Positions 51,672 through 60,672 of a DNA stretch of 64,000 bases are shown piece after piece; the stretch's first letter is position 1; the number at the start of each line of letters is the position of its first letter. Origin of the DNA: an uncultured Bacteroidota bacterium. GTDB taxonomy: Bacteria > Bacteroidota > Bacteroidia > Chitinophagales > Chitinophagaceae. The stretch spans positions 22,759 through 86,758 of the forward strand of contig CAIYLW010000026.1 in the NCBI GenBank assembly GCA_903927185.1, written 5' to 3'. The notes under the pieces were generated by a model. The model did not search any database. It worked only from the letters and a program-made list of their open reading frames with translations, and was not told the origin of the DNA. The position numbers were made by a program, and so were the translations under genes.

Positions 51672-52721
51672 ATGTCCCCTAAAAAAGCTGTTTTATTGAT
51701 GAATCTTGGATCTCCTGATTCAACTGAAGTTAAAGATGTTAAGAAATATTTAAATGAATTTTTAATGGATGGTAGAGTAATTGACTATCCTTATTTATTC
51801 AGAAAGCTACTTGTTCAAGGTATAATTGTTCCCTTCCGTTCACCAAAATCAGCTGAAGCATACAAAACTATTTGGACAGATGAGGGATCTCCGCTAGTAG
51901 TTTTAACAAAACAATTACAAGCTTCTTTACAAGAAAAACTATCAGCTCCCGTAGAAATTGCGATGCGTTATGGCAATCCTAGTCCGGAGCAAGCTTTTGA
52001 TAAACTCTTAGAAAGAGATTCAGAAATTGAAGAAGTTATAGCAATTCCGTTGTATCCACACTATGCCATGTCTTCATATGAAACTGCCGTAGAGCATGCA
52101 AAAGCTGCTTTTGCAAAAAAGAAATATCCATTTAAACTTAATTTTATTAAGCCTTTTTATAATGAGTTTCATTATATACAAGCGATGGCTGATAATATGA
52201 AAAACTATCTTCAACAGGATTACGATCATATTCTGTTTAGTTACCATGGTATTCCTGAACGACATATTAAAAAAAGCGATATCACTGGTAAACATTGTTT
52301 ACAAGTTGAAAATTGTTGTAGAGTTCCTTCAGAAGCACACGACTATTGTTATAGACACCAATGTTTTGAAACCACCAAGCTTATTGCGGCAACTTTAAGA
52401 CTACCTGCACTAAAGTATAGTATTGCATTTCAGTCTCGTTTGGGAAGGGGTTGGCTACAGCCTTTTACCGACATTCGCCTTGAAGAAATGCCAAAAGAGG
52501 GTATTAAAAAATTATTAGTAATATGTCCTGCTTTCGTAAGCGACTGTTTGGAAACTTTAGAGGAAATTGCCGAAAGAGGAAAGGAGTCGTTTTTAGAAGC
52601 TGGTGGTGAAGAATTTACAATGATTCCTTGTTTAAATACACATCCAATGTGGGTTGAAGCACTTAGTGAGTGGATCAATGAGTATGGTGAAACAAGCCGA
52701 CAAATGATTTTAGAACAGTAA
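51672..52721 (+). CDS. hemH: Ferrochelatase
   Basis: LMNLGSP, AMRYGNP, PLYPHY, FSYHGIP, FQSR, FVSDCLETLEE, CLN. Confidence 0.96.
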   Translation: MSPKKAVLLMNLGSPDSTEVKDVKKYLNEFLMDGRVIDYPYLFRKLLVQGIIVPFRSPKSAEAYKTIWTDEGSPLVVLTKQLQASLQEKLSAPVEIAMRYGNPSPEQAFDKLLERDSEIEEVIAIPLYPHYAMSSYETAVEHAKAAFAKKKYPFKLNFIKPFYNEFHYIQAMADNMKNYLQQDYDHILFSYHGIPERHIKKSDITGKHCLQVENCCRVPSEAHDYCYRHQCFETTKLIAATLRLPALKYSIAFQSRLGRGWLQPFTDIRLEEMPKEGIKKLLVICPAFVSDCLETLEEIAERGKESFLEAGGEEFTMIPCLNTHPMWVEALSEWINEYGETSRQMILEQ

Positions 52722-52723
52722 TT

Positions 52724-53269
52724 ATGTATACTTATATAAAAGCACTCCATATTATTTTTGTAGTTACCTGGTTTGCAGGTCTATTTTATTTTCCTCGTTT
52801 ATTTATATATAATACAGAGGCAAATGATAAACCATTAGAAGTTAAAAATGCATTACAAGAGCAGTTCCGAATCATGTTGAAAAGGCTTTGGTATGGGATT
52901 ACTTGGCCCTCGGCGATTCTTACGCTGATTTTTGGATTAACTGTTATGTTTAATGGTAATTGGCAAAAATTATTGGGAGACTCTGCAGGAAAATGGCTTG
53001 AGATTAAATTAGCTTTCGTAGTTGTATTATATATTTATCATTATACGCTGCATGTTGTATTTAAACAACAAATGAAAGGTATTTTCAAATATAGTTCCCA
53101 GCAATTAAGAATATGGAATGAAGTGGCTACTATATTATTGATTGCAATTGTGATGCTGGCTACAGTTAAAGAAAGCATCAGTTTTGTTTGGGGTATTATC
53201 GGAATTCTACTTTTTATTGCACTATTACTAATAGCTATTAAAATTTATAAAAATCTTAGAAAGAATTAA
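52724..53269 (+). CDS. hemJ: Protoporphyrinogen IX oxidase HemJ
   Basis: KALHIIFVVTWFAGLFYFPRLF, LRIWNE; membrane protein located between hemH and hemN. Confidence 0.9.
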   Translation: MYTYIKALHIIFVVTWFAGLFYFPRLFIYNTEANDKPLEVKNALQEQFRIMLKRLWYGITWPSAILTLIFGLTVMFNGNWQKLLGDSAGKWLEIKLAFVVVLYIYHYTLHVVFKQQMKGIFKYSSQQLRIWNEVATILLIAIVMLATVKESISFVWGIIGILLFIALLLIAIKIYKNLRKN

Positions 53270-53292
53270 TACTTCTAAATAATTATTTTATT

Positions 53293-54657
53293 ATGGATAA
53301 TTCAATATTAGAACTTTTACATAAATACGATCTACCAACACCACGATATACCAGTTACCCCACAGTTCCTTATTGGGATTTTAATTCATTGGATGAGGCT
53401 AAATGGAAGCAGTCGGTTGTGGATACCTATGAAGCAGAGAATGGTGAGATCTGTATTTATATACACCTTCCATTTTGCGAGAATATGTGCACTTTTTGTG
53501 CTTGTAATAAAAGAATTACGGTTAATCATGCAGTAGAAGACCCATATATAAACACTGTTTTGAAGGAATGGAAAATGTATAGAGACTTATTAAAGTCTAC
53601 ACCGGTGATCAAGGAAATTCACTTGGGTGGCGGAACTCCTACATTTTTTAGCCCTGAGAATTTAGAAAAACTGATCAAAGGAATTACAGCTGATATGGAA
53701 ATTAGTCCAGATCATGAATTTAGCATTGAAGTACATCCTAATTATACTACTGAAGCTCATATTAAAACATTGGCAGAAGTAGGTTTTAATCGGGTAAGTT
53801 TAGGTGTTCAGGATTTTGATCCACATGTGCAGTTTGTAATTAATAGAATTCAGTCATTCGAGAAGACCAATGAAGTAGTTGAATGGGCCAGAAAATATAA
53901 TTTCAGTAGTATCAATGTTGATTTAGTTTATGGTCTTCCACATCAAACTGTAGCAAGTGTTGAGCATACTGTTAATTTGATCAAGGGGTTTATGCCAGAT
54001 CGAATAGCCTTTTATTCTTATGCGCATGTACCTTGGAAGAGTAAAGTTCAAAGGAGATACACTGAAGCTGATCTTCCAACTGCTTCACAAAAATGGGCCA
54101 TGTATCATCGTGGAAGGGAATTGTTCGAAGAAGCTGGTTTTAATAGTATTGGAATGGACCATTTTGCTTTATTGAATGATAAACTTTTTAAAGCAGCAGA
54201 AGAAGGAAATTTGCACAGAAATTTTATGGGCTATACAACTACAAAATCAAAGCTTATTATTGGTTTAGGCGTATCGAGTATAAGTGACTCATGGACTGCA
54301 TTTGCTCAAAATGATAAAGAAGTTGAATCTTATCAAGAAAAAATAAATCAAGGAATTTTGCCACTTGTTCATGGCCACGCGTTGAACTCAGAGGATTTGG
54401 TAATTAGAAAAAAGATTCTTGAGTTAATGTGCGAGAATAAAACAAGCTTGGAAGAAGATAGTTTTGAAGAGGTTTTTATAAATTCAGCTATTGATAAATT
54501 AAAGCAATTAGAAGTAGATGGATTACTGAAAATGGAAGGGAAAAATATTATTGTTTCTAATAAGGGCAAATCATTTATTCGAAATATCAGTGCCGCAATA
54601 GATGCTCAGCTTTGGAGAAAACAAATGATTGGGAATACTTTTAGTAAAGCTATTTAA
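53293..54657 (+). CDS. hemN: Oxygen-independent coproporphyrinogen III oxidase (radical SAM)
   Basis: PRYTSYP, HLPFCENMCTFCAC, GGGTPT, GVQDF, GMDHFA, RNFMGY. Confidence 0.95.
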   Translation: MDNSILELLHKYDLPTPRYTSYPTVPYWDFNSLDEAKWKQSVVDTYEAENGEICIYIHLPFCENMCTFCACNKRITVNHAVEDPYINTVLKEWKMYRDLLKSTPVIKEIHLGGGTPTFFSPENLEKLIKGITADMEISPDHEFSIEVHPNYTTEAHIKTLAEVGFNRVSLGVQDFDPHVQFVINRIQSFEKTNEVVEWARKYNFSSINVDLVYGLPHQTVASVEHTVNLIKGFMPDRIAFYSYAHVPWKSKVQRRYTEADLPTASQKWAMYHRGRELFEEAGFNSIGMDHFALLNDKLFKAAEEGNLHRNFMGYTTTKSKLIIGLGVSSISDSWTAFAQNDKEVESYQEKINQGILPLVHGHALNSEDLVIRKKILELMCENKTSLEEDSFEEVFINSAIDKLKQLEVDGLLKMEGKNIIVSNKGKSFIRNISAAIDAQLWRKQMIGNTFSKAI

Positions 54658-54664
54658 TAAAAAC

Positions 54665-55252
54665 TCATAATTGTAAATCATAGAAATGAGGTTGATAATG
54701 CTCCTTTCTTAAAATTTTCAGAAGGTCTTTTTCAAAAGATTCAATGGGTGAGTCGATGATTCTACCCATTTCTTTTTTCCCATCGAATATAATATAGGTT
54801 GGTGTACGAACTATATTTTTACCTTCCTCTTCGTGTTGGGGACTTTGTTTATACATGGCTGCTGTATTATTTAAAAAAATCAGTTTTATCTGATTACTAT
54901 CAACTGCTGCCTCTTTTAATATTTTCAGCATATTTGGCATATCTGCTTTACTTTCTCTACACCAAGTGCCTGCATAAATTTCAATTCTCTTTTTTTTAAA
55001 AGCTTTAGAAAGCGCTTCAATACTATTACTATCGGTTTGATAACTATTATAATTAGGTACAAACCAATCGCTGAAGGGTTTTTCTAATAGCATTTGTGAA
55101 GAACAGAATCCCAATAAAACAGTTTGATTATTGTCGTTAATAACAATACTGTTCGAATAATGAGGTGTTGCATTATTTAGCAATGAGTGGTTACAAGAAA
55201 GGGTAACCAAGATTAGCATTACTAAAAAAAATATTTTTGAAATTATTTTCAA
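54665..55252 (-). CDS. Thioredoxin-fold lipoprotein
   Basis: Lipobox TLSC; GTWCRES, RTPT, GRII. Confidence 0.75.
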   Translation of the reverse strand: MKIISKIFFLVMLILVTLSCNHSLLNNATPHYSNSIVINDNNQTVLLGFCSSQMLLEKPFSDWFVPNYNSYQTDSNSIEALSKAFKKKRIEIYAGTWCRESKADMPNMLKILKEAAVDSNQIKLIFLNNTAAMYKQSPQHEEEGKNIVRTPTYIIFDGKKEMGRIIDSPIESFEKDLLKILRKEHYQPHFYDLQL

Positions 55253-55265
55253 GAATTAATAACAA

Positions 55266-56240
55266 TTACAATTGATACAATTTTTTTAACTCTGAACAAA
55301 TTCGATCGATAGAAGTCTGTATGCTACGATATTGAAATTGTGGTAAGGCTTTTAAAAGTTTACTATTATCGAATTGAACATTAGCTCTTGCTGTTCTTGA
55401 AGTTTCTTTTGTTAACAAAGGAGTCTTACCTGTGAATCTTCCTTTTATTCCTTCCAGACGCCATACAATTTCAGCTAATAATGCAGTAACTTTTTTGTGT
55501 GGTGCTTTTTTATGAAAAGCATTTGCAATCATTGTAAAGATGTCTCGGTAGGGTAAATTTGCTCCACTTAAAATATAGCGTTGATCGCAGATCGAACTTT
55601 CCATCAAAAGTATCATAGCATCTACTACATCTGCTACATCTACAAAACCACTACTCCCTTCTGTATACCAGGGGAATTCATCATAAGCAGATTTGAAAAT
55701 AGCTGTTGAACCTTTTGACCAATCGCTTACACCTAAAATAATTACTGGATTCACTACTACCACTTTTAATCCTTCACCCATGCCTCGCCATACTTCTATT
55801 TCAGCGAGATACTTACTTTTCCCATATTCACTATTACTGGTTTCTTCGGTCCAGTTCATTGTTTCATTAATAGCTTGATCTTCTCTAATTCTACCCAAAG
55901 CTGCTACTGAACTAACGAATAGTAATTTCTCAATATTAGCATTCAAGCATGCATTCACAATATTGGCCGTGCCTTCAATATTGGTATGGTGCAATGATTT
56001 TTTATTTTTTGCTGTAAAAGAAACAATTGCAGCGCAATGGTATACTTGTGTAATACCTATCATTGCTTCTTCCAATGCAACTATATCTAGTATATCTGCT
56101 TTAAACCAATCAACAGCAGCTAATTCTGGTGTGGATGGAATTTCTGAACGATATAATGCCCTCACTGACTTACCCTGAGCAACCAGTGCCTTAATAAGGT
56201 GTGATCCAACTAAGCCTGTTGCTCCGGTTACTAAAATCAT
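55266..56240 (-). CDS. NAD-dependent epimerase/dehydratase family protein
   Basis: TGATGLVG, HCAA, VSSVAAL, YGKSK, VVNP. Confidence 0.88.
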   Translation of the reverse strand: MILVTGATGLVGSHLIKALVAQGKSVRALYRSEIPSTPELAAVDWFKADILDIVALEEAMIGITQVYHCAAIVSFTAKNKKSLHHTNIEGTANIVNACLNANIEKLLFVSSVAALGRIREDQAINETMNWTEETSNSEYGKSKYLAEIEVWRGMGEGLKVVVVNPVIILGVSDWSKGSTAIFKSAYDEFPWYTEGSSGFVDVADVVDAMILLMESSICDQRYILSGANLPYRDIFTMIANAFHKKAPHKKVTALLAEIVWRLEGIKGRFTGKTPLLTKETSRTARANVQFDNSKLLKALPQFQYRSIQTSIDRICSELKKLYQL

Positions 56241-56292
56241 GTAGAACTATTTATTTAAAGGGAAATTTTGGTCCGCTAAGATAAAAGATTCG

Positions 56293-56709
56293 TTATTGAC
56301 ATTTCAAACAGGTACCACTTACTACCACATCTACCTGACTTACTAAAAATCCAACAGGTAAAGCCACTGACGGAACAGTTACATGATCTAGGCAATAGGT
56401 AGTTCCGCATTGGTCGCACATAAAATGTACATGATTGTCGTGATGATGTCCTTCGCTGCAATCATCTTTACACAATGCATATCGAACAGAATTGTCGGCT
56501 GAAGGTATTGTATGAATAATACCTTTTTCAACAAAAGTTTGAAGGGTTCTATAAATCGTCACCCTGTCAAATTCCTCTCCGCTTTGTTGTTCTATATCTG
56601 CATGTGCTAATGCTCCTTTGCGTTGTAGAAACATTTCCAGAATTTTTTTCCGGCTATCAGTAATACTTAACTGATTTCTTTTAAGTGTATCTAAGATCCT
56701 TGGATGCAT
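56293..56709 (-). CDS. Fur-family transcriptional regulator (Zur-like)
   Basis: DRVTIYRTL; HHHDNHVHFMCDQC and CLKC CxxC pairs; ATG at 56709 preferred. Confidence 0.88.
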   Translation of the reverse strand: MHPRILDTLKRNQLSITDSRKKILEMFLQRKGALAHADIEQQSGEEFDRVTIYRTLQTFVEKGIIHTIPSADNSVRYALCKDDCSEGHHHDNHVHFMCDQCGTTYCLDHVTVPSVALPVGFLVSQVDVVVSGTCLKCQ

Positions 56710-56719
56710 GCTGAAGCTA

Positions 56720-57376
56720 TTAGGGATTATTACCAAAAATACTATTTACAAAATTGCCATTTCCAGCTTTTTCTTTTAAAAGTTTACGGATATCTACTTT
56801 TATTTTCTCCAATTCATCGGCTTTTAATCCATCGTAAACCTGACCTCTTACTTTGCCATCTTTATCTACCAATGCAAAGAATTGAGTATGTATAAATTGA
56901 TCTTCAATTTTTTCAACATTATTTTTTGGGTCGTCCAATAAATAAGAACTTCTAGCCATACTATAAAGACTATCCTTACGACCTGTCAGGAATACCCATT
57001 TTTTGGTATCAACTTTTAAAGAATCAGAATAGACTTTCATTCTAGCAACAGTATCACGATTGGGGTCGCAAGTGTGAGAGATTATTAAAAAGTCTGGCTC
57101 GTTCTTAAAAGTTTCAGCGATACTTTTCATATTGGTATTCATATGCGGACAAATACCTTTACAATTTGTAAAAAAATACTCCACCACACATACTTTTCCT
57201 AACATATCTCGATCGGTAAAAGTTTTATCATCCTGGGTTTGAAAATGGAAGGGTTTCACATAACTAATCGTTGATAATTTGGTTCTCCACTCATCATTTC
57301 CTCGAAATAAAAAGAAATAGAATCCGATAAGGAGTGCAAAAAAGAAGAGTAGATAACCAATTAATTTCTTTCCCAT
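56720..57376 (-). CDS. SCO1/SenC-family copper chaperone
   Basis: N-terminal TM; FFTNCKGICP (CxxxC), WVFLTG, FIHT. Confidence 0.92.
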   Translation of the reverse strand: MGKKLIGYLLFFFALLIGFYFFLFRGNDEWRTKLSTISYVKPFHFQTQDDKTFTDRDMLGKVCVVEYFFTNCKGICPHMNTNMKSIAETFKNEPDFLIISHTCDPNRDTVARMKVYSDSLKVDTKKWVFLTGRKDSLYSMARSSYLLDDPKNNVEKIEDQFIHTQFFALVDKDGKVRGQVYDGLKADELEKIKVDIRKLLKEKAGNGNFVNSIFGNNP

Positions 57377-57436
57377 AGTTGAACAATTAATGCAAAGTTA
57401 GGGCGCAAGTGCTTTTCTTCATGTGCTTTATTATTT

Positions 57437-57451
57437 TGCAACAATGTTGCA
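57437..57451. promoter_or_regulatory. Perfect 7-1-7 inverted repeat (Fur-family operator-like) inside the merC-like promoter
   Basis: TGCAACA-A-TGTTGCA, between TTTG (57435-57438) and TATATTTG (57458-57465), which are 19 nt apart. Confidence 0.7.
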
Positions 57452-57484
57452 TTTATGTATATTTGCATTATTATTATTGAATCG

Positions 57485-57871
57485 ATGAAAGTTAATTTGG
57501 ATTTTTTGGGAATTGCTACATCCTTGGCTTGTGCCATTCATTGTGCCTTATTACCCTTAGTGCTTACTAGTTTACCCATATTTGGTATCAATATTATCGA
57601 CAATTTATATTTCGAAAATATGATGGTGGGTATTGCTTTTATTGTGGGGATTCTTGCATTAAGACATGGAAAGCAAAAACATCACCATAGTTTGATGCCA
57701 ATTGTGGTCTTCAGCTTTGGGATTCTTTTATTATTTGCTAAAGTGATTTGGCATGAGTGGCAATATTGGTTCCTTTTTCCAGCAGTAAGTTTGATAGTTA
57801 CGGCACATTTACTCAACTTTGGTTTTTGCAGAATTCATAATCATGCTCATGCAGATGATTGTGATCACTAG
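57485..57871 (+). CDS. MerC-domain membrane metal transporter-like protein with His-rich tail
   Basis: [12 protein letters not shown], 4 TM, HHHS loop, C-terminal [11 protein letters not shown]. Confidence 0.82.
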   Translation: MKVNLDFLGIATSLACAIHCALLPLVLTSLPIFGINIIDNLYFENMMVGIAFIVGILALRHGKQKHHHSLMPIVVFSFGILLLFAKVIWHEWQYWFLFPAVSLIVTAHLLNFGFCRIHNHAHADDCDH

Positions 57872-59373
57872 TTAATATTATAGCTAGTTCCCCCATCTTT
57901 TTCATCCTTCAATTGAATACCTAAAACGGCCAATTCATTTCTAATTTTATCACTTGTCATAAAATCCTTATTGGATTTAGCATCCTTACGAATGCTAATC
58001 AGTAATTGAAGAACTCCATCAAGCTGGCCATTATCGGCAGACCTTTCTCCTACTAATCCAAACACGTCTTCCAAAAAGACTTTCAATTGTTTTTGAAGAA
58101 GCAACGAGGTTTTACCACTAATTGCAGTATCTAAAATATGTTTGTCTTTAATTGAATTTATTACAGATGATAATTCAAACATATTAGCCAATACTTTGGC
58201 TGTGCTGAAATCATCATTCATGAATTCATCGAATTCAGCAATTTGTTTTTGAACCTTATCATCTAGCGAATTATCAGATGCAATAGTATCTGCAGAAAAG
58301 ATTTGTTTATTAAACCATTCGTATGCTTCCCATAAACGTTTCAACGCTTTTTCTGAGGCTTGTAATGCTTCGTTACTGAAATCGAGCGTGCCTCTATAAT
58401 GACTTTGTAAAATAAAGAAGCGGATGGTCATTGGAGTATAGGCTTGTTCTAAAATGGGACTATTTCCACTGAATAATTCAGTTAGTTTAATCACATTATT
58501 ATAACTCTTACCCATTTTTTTACCTTGAATAGTAATCATGTTATTATGCAACCAATAGCGAGCTGGAGTTTTATGATTACATACGGTACTTTGTGCAATT
58601 TCACATTCATGGTGAGGAAATTGAAGGTCCATGCCACCGCCGTGTATATCAAACTCTTCACCTAAATATTTACTACTCATAGCCGAACATTCAATATGCC
58701 AACCCGGGAAACCCTCGCCCCATGGGCTATTCCAGCGCATAATGTGTTCTGGTGGAGCTGACTTCCAAAGTGCAAAATCGTTTTTATCTCTCTTCTCATC
58801 TTGATTATCTAACTCACGTGTAGTATCGAGTTGATCTTCTAAATTTCGCCCGCTTAGCATGCCATAGGGCTTACCCAACTTGGAGAAATCGATATTGTAT
58901 TTTGCCACATCGAAATACACGGAACCATTAGCTTCATAAGCATATCCGTCTGAAATGATTTTTTTGATCATCTCTATCTGTTCTACAATATGACCAGTTG
59001 CTGTTGGCTCAATACTTGGAGGTAAATTATTAAATCTACTCATGGCCCAATGATAGAGATTGGTATATTTTTGTACCAATTCCATAGGTTCGAGTTTTTC
59101 TAAAACAGCTTTTTTGCTAATCTTATCTTCCGCTTCGCGACCTTCTTCTTCAAAATGACCAGCGTCTGTAATATTTCGAACATAGCGTACTTTAAAACCC
59201 AGATACATCAAATAGCGATAAATCACATCAAAAGTAATGAAGGGACGGGCATGACCTAAGTGACTTTCACCACTTACTGTTGGTCCGCACACATACATAC
59301 CCACATAGGGTGCGTTAATAGGAGTAAATATTTCTTTTTGTCTGCTTAAGGAATTATAAACTTTCAAAGACAT
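57868..59373 (-). CDS. cysS: Cysteine--tRNA ligase
   Basis: [47 protein letters not shown]. Confidence 0.97.
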   Translation of the reverse strand: MSLKVYNSLSRQKEIFTPINAPYVGMYVCGPTVSGESHLGHARPFITFDVIYRYLMYLGFKVRYVRNITDAGHFEEEGREAEDKISKKAVLEKLEPMELVQKYTNLYHWAMSRFNNLPPSIEPTATGHIVEQIEMIKKIISDGYAYEANGSVYFDVAKYNIDFSKLGKPYGMLSGRNLEDQLDTTRELDNQDEKRDKNDFALWKSAPPEHIMRWNSPWGEGFPGWHIECSAMSSKYLGEEFDIHGGGMDLQFPHHECEIAQSTVCNHKTPARYWLHNNMITIQGKKMGKSYNNVIKLTELFSGNSPILEQAYTPMTIRFFILQSHYRGTLDFSNEALQASEKALKRLWEAYEWFNKQIFSADTIASDNSLDDKVQKQIAEFDEFMNDDFSTAKVLANMFELSSVINSIKDKHILDTAISGKTSLLLQKQLKVFLEDVFGLVGERSADNGQLDGVLQLLISIRKDAKSNKDFMTSDKIRNELAVLGIQLKDEKDGGTSYNIN

Positions 59374-59435
59374 GTTATAGTACTTGTGAGATTGTGAATT
59401 GAGTTATAAGCCACTTAAATGGGCCAAATGCCTAA

Positions 59436-59483
59436 TTAATAGCAGCAACAACAACTGTAGGTATAAAAATGGCTCAAATACAT
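59436..59483 (-). CDS. Candidate cysS leader peptide MYLSHFYTYSCCCCY
   Basis: ATG TAT TTG AGC CAT TTT TAT ACC TAC AGT TGT TGT TGC TGC TAT TAA; stop 62 nt before the cysS ATG; TTATCTTG promoter-like box 6 nt upstream. Confidence 0.75.
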   Translation of the reverse strand: MYLSHFYTYSCCCCY

Positions 59484-59534
59484 GGAGCGCAAGATAAGAA
59501 AATAAAGCCGTTTCGACAGAAGGGAAGAACTGAT

Positions 59535-60647
59535 TTATTTGTTTAGCCTAAGATCAGTTACTAACATCATATGATCGCTTAAATCTTCATCCACCATATC
59601 AAATTGTTTCACTGAGAATCGATTATCTGCAAGAATATAATCGATTCGTAAGGTAGGGGCCAATGACAAATAAGTTCTGCCAATTCCAAAATCCTTTTTT
59701 AAAAAGCAATCTTGCCAATTTCCTTTGATATTAAAATAGGTATAAGAATTTGGGACATCGTTAAAGTCGCCGGTTATAATACTGGGTAAATTAGAAAGGT
59801 CTCTTTGGCTTCTAACAATATCGGCTTGAACCCCTCTTCTAGTAAAAGCGAGTTTCATTTTATTAAAAATATTTTTAGAAGCTGATACGGTTTCTTCATC
59901 TTGCTCTTTTATTTTTTCAATATCAATATAATCCTCTTTTTTAAATTTAAAGGATTGCAAATGGGTATTGAAAACGCGGACGGTATCATTGCCTTTTAAA
60001 ATGTCAGCAAAAATGAGACTTTCAGCAATAGGGAAATTAGTTTTTCCCGAATCAATAATTGGATATTTTGAAAAGATGATACTTCCGGAATGATAATTAC
60101 CATTGTTACGCAGGTAATCTCTTGAAAAAAAATAATATGGAAATGCTTTTGTAAATAAAGAAATATTATCTGCGTAATTTCTTTGGGTACTACTATTAAA
60201 TTCTTGTAAGCAAACAATATCAGCCTGCATATTTGTAATAATTTCAGCCACTTCGTTTCTTGTTAGTCTCTTAGCATCAATATTTTTGCTAAGCCCATTG
60301 AAGCTTCTTACATTCCAATCTACAATTCGAATATTCTGCGTATGCTTTTTTTTATTGAAACCAGCCCCTGCATGCCAAGCAAATACAACGCCTAATTGTT
60401 GCCAACCAAAGCAAAGAGAAATAAAAGGAATCCAGGCAATAACTGGTTTGGCAATCAGCCAAAATATAGTTGTGAAAAATAGAAGTACAATTAAGTAAGG
60501 AACAATTAATCCAGTGAATCCGAAAAACCACCAATTTGCTGGATTGATATAAGGAGAAAGACAAGCAATTACAAAAACTGCTGCCATAAAAATTGTGATC
60601 GTTAAGCTGAAAGATTTAAATGTGCGTCGCAAAAAACTTTTTGCCAT
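59535..60647 (-). CDS. Endonuclease/exonuclease/phosphatase (EEP) family protein with N-terminal TM segments
   Basis: WNVRSF, CLQEF, NTHLQS, GDFNDVP, RIDYI, SDH. Confidence 0.9.
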   Translation of the reverse strand: MAKSFLRRTFKSFSLTITIFMAAVFVIACLSPYINPANWWFFGFTGLIVPYLIVLLFFTTIFWLIAKPVIAWIPFISLCFGWQQLGVVFAWHAGAGFNKKKHTQNIRIVDWNVRSFNGLSKNIDAKRLTRNEVAEIITNMQADIVCLQEFNSSTQRNYADNISLFTKAFPYYFFSRDYLRNNGNYHSGSIIFSKYPIIDSGKTNFPIAESLIFADILKGNDTVRVFNTHLQSFKFKKEDYIDIEKIKEQDEETVSASKNIFNKMKLAFTRRGVQADIVRSQRDLSNLPSIITGDFNDVPNSYTYFNIKGNWQDCFLKKDFGIGRTYLSLAPTLRIDYILADNRFSVKQFDMVDEDLSDHMMLVTDLRLNK

Positions 60648-60672
60648 ACGATAAAATTAATGAAATTCGATC

